A program made the translations under genes and the position numbers. Below the pieces are notes generated by a model that ran no database searches, had not been told where the DNA came from, and was given only the letters and a program-made list of their open reading frames with translations. 64,000 bases of DNA, from the NCBI GenBank assembly GCA_041740515.1, contig JBGSLV010000036.1:4429-68428 (forward strand), read 5' to 3'. This stretch comes from Bdellovibrionales bacterium (GTDB lineage: Bacteria; Bdellovibrionota; Bdellovibrionia; Bdellovibrionales; UBA1609). Of the stretch, positions 50,401 to 57,700 are shown in pieces (position 1 is the stretch's first letter; every line of letters begins with the position of its first letter).

Positions 50401-51350
50401 GGGGGTAAATTGTCATGAGTGTAAGTGGTAAATAAAGCGCATACGGATGGGGCTCCCATCCCATCAACGGATCTTGCATAAATAACTGTGGTTGCATTTT
50501 CAGGCAAAGTTACATCAAAGCCTGCCGTCTCAAAGTCACTGGGATCACCCGAAACCAAAAGGTTCATACAACCAGAATCTGTGTACAACGAAACTGTGAC
50601 TGAACCCACCGAGGTTGTACCTCTTATATTAGGCGCAAAAGAAGCTTTTGAAGGTGACAAAGGTGTAATGGCTAACAATTCAGGAAAGGGACTATTTACA
50701 TTTGAATGCGTAAAATCTGTCATGTAAACACAGCCCGACAATGTGCCAATAGGATCTCTGGTTCTTGCATAAATAGATGTTGTTTGGTTTAAAGGAAGCT
50801 GCACAGCTATGCCAGATTGCGCAAAATTACTTGCTGACCCCGAAGCTAAAGCTTGTGTGCAAATAGCGTCACTAAAAAATTCAACCGTTGACGACAATGG
50901 CAGTGCCTGCCCAAACAAACCCGGAGCCGTAGTAAATCTTGAGGGTGATTGGGGCGATATGGCAGTAAAAATTGGCTCCCCAGGAACTAAAGGGTCATGA
51001 CTAAAGTTTTCAAGCAGCAAGGTACATGTATTTAAAGCTTGCGATTTCACATAAAAATCAGTGGGCACGTTCACCGGAATTTGAACTAAAATTCCCGAAC
51101 TATTAAACTGCGCTACAGTAGCTTGGCCTACACTTACAGTTTGACATAAGTTATCTGTATGTACGGTGAGCAGGTCTAAATTCAAATAATCACTTGAAGT
51201 AACGCCAATAAGTCTTATTTGGGCCAAGACACTTGTGTAATCAATAAGTTGGCTAGAAGTCAGCGATACACTTAAATCTTCAGAAGAGTTTACACGCTCA
51301 CCATCAGCACAAGAAACTTGTAGCCCAAAAGCAAACAGTAATATTAGCAA
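44463..51350 (-). CDS. giant surface (lipo)protein: ~9 N-terminal ~100-aa Cys-pair modules, >=10 fibronectin type III domains, C-terminal beta-sandwich/lectin-like region
   Basis: Repeated 'P..P.F....P.SP.......G........FY.D..C......G...DF....G........T.IYAR..D..GN.S.C....Y.H'. FN3 hallmarks 'YYRV.A.N..G.S..S'. TTG start at 51350 (bounded by an in-frame TAA). Confidence 0.8.
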   Translation of the reverse strand: MLILLFAFGLQVSCADGERVNSSEDLSVSLTSSQLIDYTSVLAQIRLIGVTSSDYLNLDLLTVHTDNLCQTVSVGQATVAQFNSSGILVQIPVNVPTDFYVKSQALNTCTLLLENFSHDPLVPGEPIFTAISPQSPSRFTTAPGLFGQALPLSSTVEFFSDAICTQALASGSASNFAQSGIAVQLPLNQTTSIYARTRDPIGTLSGCVYMTDFTHSNVNSPFPELLAITPLSPSKASFAPNIRGTTSVGSVTVSLYTDSGCMNLLVSGDPSDFETAGFDVTLPENATTVIYARSVDGMGAPSVCALFTTYTHDNLPPAALGYLGASPMSPTNQKTLPRIFGSASSDTDEIIFYDSALCLNTIGFGNRPDFIGIGAVTNVRSNDTTNIYARAFDSSDNGSDCTFLTSYIHNTTPPENPVFNRTDPLSPTNLTTTPLIIGQAAARTVNLFFYKDELCTVSVGQGDIDDYEVNGILLNLDTNSTTPIYVRVSDLEGNMSDCTFHASYEHSSVPAPNPTFAFTVPASPSRFSSTPAILGTADPTIETIRIFTNPTCTTQIASASRGQYTASGVVANLPLNSTTQLFARAVDIYGNFSACVFLTTYIHNNVSPVNPTYSGIAPISPNNQSSTPTISGDVLDNPASQLPPSRVEFFDSDSCVTKLGEGTPNQFNATGITIDVNINAETSIYAKAFDAAGNESNCTLLTFYTYNILVPAAPVFQSTTPTSPSYNQEIRLFGSYTLSPDFMNRVNLSIYANSICTSLVTSANPTLLTTTGVPIQVNPNATMALYGQTINEVGTLSACRFLTNFTHNNLPPANLVASNNVNGSVNLSWLPDGLANPTPRYTVERSNQSGGPYTVLSSQQIGNNYNDLQITDGETYYYRVFASNVTGRSQSSPEVSITIAAPTPIASNNLVTTVGDSRVNLTWSGFPENVTYRIFRSLQFAGPFTDLGVTTTSTFYADTGLSNGQTYFYLIKASNPAGESSQSNIASAVPKANPSAPTLLSITPLNAIASCGGGQGLKINWSRSSYYDTFNVYKGFPKNSLGLMGSTDLASFDDCGFGNDNINYIRVRAGWGLSESGGSNIVGFYSSDSPQLNLAPGDGEVILSWTAPSTFGSYNSGDLFYTVYKSSDPDKNFSVLVDGYTPRSLVDPTANMDGAYYYVQAYLFDIDGDKIYVGYPTAIKAARANVNPSAPGNLILNFIAADNRVQLDWISPSHFNNFRLYRSANELGPFTFVQNINTTFMSSAPLLTGMNFFRITAVWGSHETAPTNTVGFRNAPITGFAMAPQSDRLQLSWNAVAGAQDYVIARANSFDGPFVNYDVASTATYQDTAVNVNTGYYYRVRARFSDLTEGQSSQVVLGQITTSTLPSNISLTVLGDTFMRVDWPSVPATTSYRVERALNIAGPYTIATTTATNTATIFGLNPQSLYYIRVVAIVAGVPQTSPVAQAWTFMPASAPSGITGNNQVTLSWTPMAGAIDYDIERSTDGSTFSAISTNYAMTNFTDNTASNGNVYFYRIKTNYPPLQLLSPISVGFSPGRIPLSPVQLHAENTGSGNDVNLTWTDVSGRTSFNIYRSTTSGVYGAPIQNTTSSSGTIVSGLVAGTTYYFRVTALNGFNESAPSNEVMIQSEMSTPKPDVQFNTTTSIGISWASVVNANTYNLYRSTNAVNFELIASGLPTTSYVDASIAPAQTYYYQYQAIAINGSEMATSLISDPVNVSIRPQTPVGLNLASQSTNSVELYWPNVPSIASYELLRSVNSGGPYSVIATLPPATTEYLDTTVIPGDSYFYVLRTVNSSGVISNNSNQVSVLLVSGPTNLTAVNGTSAVELNWDVIPSVTQYEVLRSESSSGPYGVVQTSVTTSALDSNVVAAVTYYYAVRGVYANGRRSVSSNTVSIIRDGSLRFQVPIELTDLAIASSGSNNIAFNRTLTTFDTNDYDGVTGLEFEVIGTNFDTTARSVGIVNESDVMMDFITIPANTFEPTVFKSPITINSGAQKLRLELEQTTSDGQLSVYSAKLLVNQVNATKTKIYYPLLSSDESPINVDADVFAYSTSDTVYHDFPQASLFTRRALSLDKIIEYNAWELETLISTVNGAEGILGLYNNNTSQLVAMTETRFSGPGVIITSIPFNEGVLQFRGVNEGHNYRLVLRCEYYCSTGSVRIHKAGLWVKLRNLSKTSLVYRIGSLNRMIGVETILTYQRAIFDRSQFTNPKVYYQVTADTDSLSQGSVDLMYHSASSGNLGLNLVTGSQIFINPATLNNYRSPEIVGLPINEKFVSRVSPSQGQITIRSSQILVESGP

Positions 51351-51392
51351 CCAAACACGTTCCAGAATAACTTCCTTAATAGTAAATTTTTT

Positions 51393-54300
51393 TTATTGAC
51401 CTAGAAACACTTTAATGAGCGCCTCCGAATCATCTAAAATGGTTATATCCAAAATTTGATCATTATTTAAATCATCGACAGCAATATGACTTGCATTCAC
51501 ACCCGTATTAATACTAGATATAGTTGCATAGTTGCCGGTTGGTGAACCAAACAAAATGGTTAGGTTTCGTTGCATACCATTGCCAACAATAATATCTTCT
51601 CGACCATTTCCGTTCAAATCACCTTTAGCCAGTGAAGTAGGTTCAATACCTGCTGAAAAATGATTGGCTGGATTAAAAGTTCCATCGCCTCGACCTTTTA
51701 AAATACTTACCGAAGATGATATGTTATTTGATACGGCTAAATCTAAGAAACCATCCGAATCAAAAAAACCAGCAATGATACCATTGGGGCCTGATTCAAC
51801 ATCAAAGTCTGCTGTTTGAAAGGTGCCATTGCCATTGGATAAAAACACTGTGACGGAATCATCGGACTGATTTACAACAGCCACATCCAAAACGAAATCT
51901 TCATTAAAATCACCAGCGGTAATATGTGAGGGTTGTGCTCCTGAAACTGAAGTTGTTCTTGGGCCAAATGATCCATCTCCTTGCCCAGGAAGAAAGTTCA
52001 TGCGATTTGCCCCACTGCAAGTTACGGCAACATCCATTAGACCATCGTTATTAAAATCTCCATGAACTATAGATGTGGGTTGTGAATGTACGGGATAACT
52101 TCCACCTGAAGCAAAAACACCGCCCCCTTGCCCCATAAAAACCCGCACTGAGCTTGCAGCATTAAGCACAATCACTAAGTCTACTAAACCATCGTTATTT
52201 AAATCTACAAAATCGGCATCAGTAGGACTATTGCCAACGTTTAAAAATCCAAGAGAACTAAACAAACCATTTCCTAAACCTTTGTGAAGAGTTATGGAAT
52301 TTGCGGCACGATTGACAACTGCTTTATCCAAAAATCCATCATTATCCAGATCATGACTGATCACTTTTACGGGTGTATCTGACACTGAGGTTAAAAAACC
52401 AAGTATTCCATCTGTTTGACCCGGTAAAATTTGAATTTTAGTTTCCCCATTAGAAACAATCAGTAAGTCCTGAAGCATATCCTGATTAAAATCTGAAGCC
52501 ATTATGTTGATGGGATTTGATAAAGTATTAATAGATGGTCTGATATCAAATGTCCCGGTATTCAAGCCGTAAAAAATTGAAAGCGTGCTATCGCCAACAT
52601 TAGCTATCGCTAAATCAATAAAGCCGTCGGCATTCAAGTCCTTAGCACTTAGAGCAATTGGCGTCAGCCCTACACTTGTAATATCCGGAATATCAAATGT
52701 TCCATCATTTAAGTTTAGAAATACCGAAATATTATCACTCCCACTATTTGTGACAATAATATCTTGAAAAAGATCACCGTTTAAACGAGCCATGGTAACA
52801 CTTGATGGGGCCACACCTGTGCTGTAAATCACTTGTGATGAAAAACCACCACTGCCATTATTAATATAAACACTCATCGTATCATCAGATGCGTTGATAA
52901 CAGCTAAATCTTCAAAACCATCGTTATTTAAATCACCTACCGCAACTTTTGTGGGTAGAGATCCAGAAGGATAAATAGTGGGTGAGTCAAAAGTGCCATT
53001 ATTATTTCCAAATCTTATTGCAATGTTGTTAGAAGCTCCATTGACTATCACAATATCTTTATCGCCATCATTGTTAAAATCACCAATGGCTACATCAACT
53101 GGTAAAGTTTCAAGGGGATCTTGCAAAGTATTTACGGCCGCACTGAAAGAACCATTGCCAACTCCAGCTAAAAATGAAAATTGCCCAGTCCCATTACAAA
53201 CTAAAATTAAATCTTTATTGGTGTCATTATTGAAATCCGCAAACGCCATGCCCGAAGGGCCGCTGCAAAGACCAGTTAGTTTGGACTGTGTGGTAAAAAG
53301 TCCGTTGCCTCGTCCCAAAAATCTAGAAATGGTAGCTTCACTTTTGTTTAAAACAAAAATATCATTGAAACCATCATTATTAAAATCACCAACCAAAGTA
53401 TTTTCGGCACCACTACCCACATTATAATTCAAATCAAAAGCTCCTGAATTTCTACTTTGACTTGATAATAAAAAGCGAGCTTTACTTAATCCTGAAGCAA
53501 CCACATCGGGTAGAGTTCCAATTAGGGGTAAAACAGAAACATAGGATCTTGCTGCATTATACCCTTGAAGCACCGATACCGTTGCCGTTCCTGATGCATT
53601 CGTGCGACGTTCTGAAGGACCAATGATATGAACATCCCCAGCTGTTCGTTGGAAGAGGACTGGATAATTTGATACGCCATTACCAAAACGATCTACAACT
53701 CGTATACTAATAGGTTCAGAAAAACTTTGCCCGATAAATGCGGACTGATTATTTCCACTAAGAGTAGGAAACTCAAAATGATCAGCGACATCTGCTAAAA
53801 CTTGAATGTTTATCTGTTGTGAAAATCCTTGGTTGTCAGTCACAGTTAAAACATCGGTGACGCCAGCTCGGGATCCCGCCGTATAAGTACTGGTGCTTGA
53901 ATTGTAATTCGCTGTCAGCGAATTATTTTGCGTTAACACAACCGTATATGGTGCTGTCCCGCCGGTGATATTAAAAACTTCACTTTGGCCAACAACGATC
54001 TGTGGATCATTTGGGATTACGCTTAATGACTGTTTTTGCCAAACTAAATTTAAGCTGGCTTGATTACCCGCTAGATCGGTTTGTCTGATTTCAATATTGT
54101 AATTGCCGTCAGCAAATTTAGGTAAACTTATACTAAATGTCGAATTGGAACATGTCGTAGAACCTGTACCATCATTGGCTAAACTAACCAAAGCGCCTGT
54201 TTCACAGCCCCCTTGAATATTGAGTACAGCCTCGCTAGAGCTATGTGGGTTACTGGGAGGATAAGTTAAAGAAGGTTGAGAGACGCTGGTTTTTCGATAC

Positions 54301-54671
54301 CAAATAAAACTCACTGGGGCTGAAATGTTTCCCATATCATTTTGAGTTAGAAAATAATTATAAACGCCATCGGTCGTTTGGCTTAGCGCAAAAGAAAATT
54401 CAGAGTTGGAGCATATCGTTGAGGCGATCGAGGCTCCAGAGAGAGAAATTAAACTCCCCGATTTACAAAGTCCTTGAATTGATAAAGTACTTCCTTGCGA
54501 GTAATAAGGGTTTTGTGCAGGAATACTTAAAACAGGTACTTCTATATCGGGACCATTGTTAGAGCTTTGAACATTAAGATTTTGTTTACAAGATATAAAA
54601 TTAATAACAGCAAAAAATGCTGTTATTAATTTTATAATTTTAAAACTAAAGTCAACGTTCCCTATATTCAT
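51393..54671 (-). CDS. FG-GAP/VCBS-repeat (integrin-alpha-like beta-propeller) lipoprotein with N-terminal Ig-like domains
   Basis: >=13 copies of 'GDFNNDGF.D..V'-type FG-GAP motifs. Lipobox-like 'FISCKQ'. Confidence 0.8.
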   Translation of the reverse strand: MNIGNVDFSFKIIKLITAFFAVINFISCKQNLNVQSSNNGPDIEVPVLSIPAQNPYYSQGSTLSIQGLCKSGSLISLSGASIASTICSNSEFSFALSQTTDGVYNYFLTQNDMGNISAPVSFIWYRKTSVSQPSLTYPPSNPHSSSEAVLNIQGGCETGALVSLANDGTGSTTCSNSTFSISLPKFADGNYNIEIRQTDLAGNQASLNLVWQKQSLSVIPNDPQIVVGQSEVFNITGGTAPYTVVLTQNNSLTANYNSSTSTYTAGSRAGVTDVLTVTDNQGFSQQINIQVLADVADHFEFPTLSGNNQSAFIGQSFSEPISIRVVDRFGNGVSNYPVLFQRTAGDVHIIGPSERRTNASGTATVSVLQGYNAARSYVSVLPLIGTLPDVVASGLSKARFLLSSQSRNSGAFDLNYNVGSGAENTLVGDFNNDGFNDIFVLNKSEATISRFLGRGNGLFTTQSKLTGLCSGPSGMAFADFNNDTNKDLILVCNGTGQFSFLAGVGNGSFSAAVNTLQDPLETLPVDVAIGDFNNDGDKDIVIVNGASNNIAIRFGNNNGTFDSPTIYPSGSLPTKVAVGDLNNDGFEDLAVINASDDTMSVYINNGSGGFSSQVIYSTGVAPSSVTMARLNGDLFQDIIVTNSGSDNISVFLNLNDGTFDIPDITSVGLTPIALSAKDLNADGFIDLAIANVGDSTLSIFYGLNTGTFDIRPSINTLSNPINIMASDFNQDMLQDLLIVSNGETKIQILPGQTDGILGFLTSVSDTPVKVISHDLDNDGFLDKAVVNRAANSITLHKGLGNGLFSSLGFLNVGNSPTDADFVDLNNDGLVDLVIVLNAASSVRVFMGQGGGVFASGGSYPVHSQPTSIVHGDFNNDGLMDVAVTCSGANRMNFLPGQGDGSFGPRTTSVSGAQPSHITAGDFNEDFVLDVAVVNQSDDSVTVFLSNGNGTFQTADFDVESGPNGIIAGFFDSDGFLDLAVSNNISSSVSILKGRGDGTFNPANHFSAGIEPTSLAKGDLNGNGREDIIVGNGMQRNLTILFGSPTGNYATISSINTGVNASHIAVDDLNNDQILDITILDDSEALIKVFLGQ

Positions 54672-54729
54672 ATTTTAAATTGCAAATTCCTATTTCATAG
54701 TAAAAAGTTAAACCCTCAACAGTTAAAAT

Positions 54730-57700
54730 CTATTTCGGAAATCGTGTCATACGATTGCCATTTTTGTCTGTGACATATAAAAAGTGGTCGTCTCCAAACA
54801 TCATACCCAAAGAGTCATTAAATTTACCCAAAGTAGATCCACTAGAGACTCTTCCGCCTTGACACCATCCGGGTGTCAAATCTGATGACCCAGCACAGCC
54901 TGGATCGCCACCACTGGTTGGGAATGAAGCTTGAATGCCACCTTTCCAACCTACAATAGTTCCTGTGGTTTTATCCATTTTCCATATAGCAGCGCCATTG
55001 CCACTTCCACATGTGTTGGCATTCATACCGTAAATAAAATTTGAATCAACCCATACACTCACTGGCATTGAGCAGTCTAGACCATTACCAATATTGGCAA
55101 TGTTAGCAGCGGCACTTTGCCACGTGTTAACGTACATATCTTGTCGTGTGCTAGTGGATTCCACCAACACGCCACCAAAAGTGTATTTGTCGATACGGAT
55201 ATTTCTAGTATTGGTGATGTATAAGTGCGAACCGTCTGTGGCTATTCCACCTCGATCATAGTTACCCCAATCAAAGTTAAAACCACCACCACGATCATTT
55301 CTATAACTCGCTAAAGAGGCCGAACCACCTAAGCACCATCCTGCCACGGATACCACATAGTTGCCATTACTTGCTGTTGTACAACCTGGATTTGGCGCTG
55401 AACCCACTCGACCAATCCAACCATTGAAATTTCCCGTAGCCGCATTATAGGAGGACACACGGTGATTTCTTGTATCAACTACATATAAATTCCCACCATG
55501 GAAGACAATAGCTGTGGGTTGATACATTTGACCATCCCCATTACCTTCTCGGCTAAGTCCACCTAAACACCAACCCGGAGTAAAAGAGTTCACTCCAGCG
55601 GCTGTACATCCAGGATCGCCACCGGTTGGAATATTAGCCACAGAATTTCCAATGCGACCAATCCATCCCCCATAAGCACCAGTATCAAGATTGAACCTTT
55701 GAATTCGATGTAAACTAAAATCAGTTACATACAACCATGTGCCATCAGTGGTTAAACCGTGGGGTCTTTGCATTATACCATTAACGTTGGAAGCAATTAA
55801 GTTTTGATCACCCCATGTGAAAGACGGATAATTACTGGCTCCTAAACACCAACTCGGTGATGGCCCCATAGCATTGGCCGCTAAACAGGAAGCTGGATTT
55901 TGTCCTCCCGTAGCGGTCGAGGTCATAGCTCCGATCCAACCTATTAATTCCCCAGTGCGTTTATTAAATTTTTTAACTCTAGAGCCATCCACTTCGGCCA
56001 TAAACAAAAAATCACCCACAATAAGTGAACCCATAGGATTATAAGTCGAATAGTCATCAAAGCCATGAAATTCCACTCGTGCTTGTCTGTCAGAAGACCA
56101 TGATCTTGGACTGATGCTCTCTAGACCAATGCTGCCTTGATAATTACCTGTGCTAACGCTGAATTTTTTAAGCATAGGAAAGCGTCGACTGATGGTCACA
56201 AATGAGCCTGAACCATCTAAAGCAAGGCCCCAATTATCCAAGAAAGAAGTTTCATCTAAACCTGGTTTGTAGGTTCCACCCAAGCACCATCCCGGTGTGT
56301 TTTGATTTGACGCCAACGAGTTACAGCCTGCATTACCACTCATGCCTGAAGGGTTGGCGACTTTCCCCATCCAAGATTCTATGAGGCCAGTTGCACCAAC
56401 TTTTAAAATACGCTCATCATCGGCCACATAAAAGAATGATCCATCAAAATCCATTGCAATAGGATTGTTCCAATTGAAACTTAAATTGGCTAATCGTTGG
56501 ATAAAGGCACCAGTATCAATATTATATCTATTGATCACACCACCATCACCACTATTTAGGACGTATAGGTTTGTGCCACTGATAACCATGTCACGGGCTT
56601 CACGAACACCACCTTGCACCCCACTTTGGGATTGAGCATTGGAATATAAAAACTCACCACCAAAACACCAACCTGGAGTCCGTTGACCTTGTGGAGTTGA
56701 AGTACAACCTACGGCTCCCCCAGTTGGAGTCACGTTAACAATACCTAACCAACCTTGAAAGGCCCCTGTGGCTTTATTATATCTTAAAACAGCACCAGAA
56801 ACGCCTACATACATGAATACAGAATCTACTTTTACACCGTTGGGGTTAATCATACGCCCATCACCGATTCGACTGTTTCCAGTATCAAGGCTTCCACCTC
56901 GACACCAACCCGGTGACACTGTACTTGTTGAAGTGTTACAGCTTCCAGGACCACCCGTTGCCGATCCACTTGGAGCTGTTGTACCTATCAGACCAATCCA
57001 CCCTTCGAATTCACCGGTATCAATACGGTGACGAGAGACTGAATTTGTATTTGAACTTGAAACATAAATGTAAGTATCATCGGCTGTAATGCCCCATGGA
57101 TTACTAAATCCCCCAGTTGATTCAGTACCATTGATTGACAATCCACCCACACACCATCCTGGCAATGGCTGATCATTGCCGGTTCCAACGCATAATGCAC
57201 TGCTTGGAATCGATTGCGCACTTCCAGATGGTCCTATACCGTTCTCGCGGCGCATACGCCCAATCCATCCACGATACTCTAATGATTGGTAGTCGTACTT
57301 GATCACACGGTTGGCATCATGATCTGCTACAAATAAGAACTGTTTATTTGGCGAAAAAGCTATATGATTCGCACCACGAATTCCATCATATCGTGCGGCA
57401 ACTGGTTTTACGCCCATTCTAAAAGGCAATAAATTTCCATTTGAATCTGTCTGAGTTGAAGCAGTTCCAACCCAACCTAAATCGCCAAGAACAGCCCATG
57501 CTTGTGTAGCAGCTGTTAAAACTCCAGCACTATGAGTCGCCGTCAAAGTTAAACTTGTTTCAGGAAACTGCCCTTTAAAGTAAAACTGTCTTGAGCTTTG
57601 ACCTGAAATAAAAGTTGTAGATGTAATGATTGCGGTACAATTATTATCGCTATAAAAAGCCCCTGAAATTCCTGCCCCAGATAAATTAGCTTGGGTTGTT

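Noticed and set aside
52978-53427. 149-aa plus-strand ORF inside the FG-GAP gene
   Set aside because: Antisense to a frame with >=13 FG-GAP motifs. Low-complexity S/L/P-rich translation.
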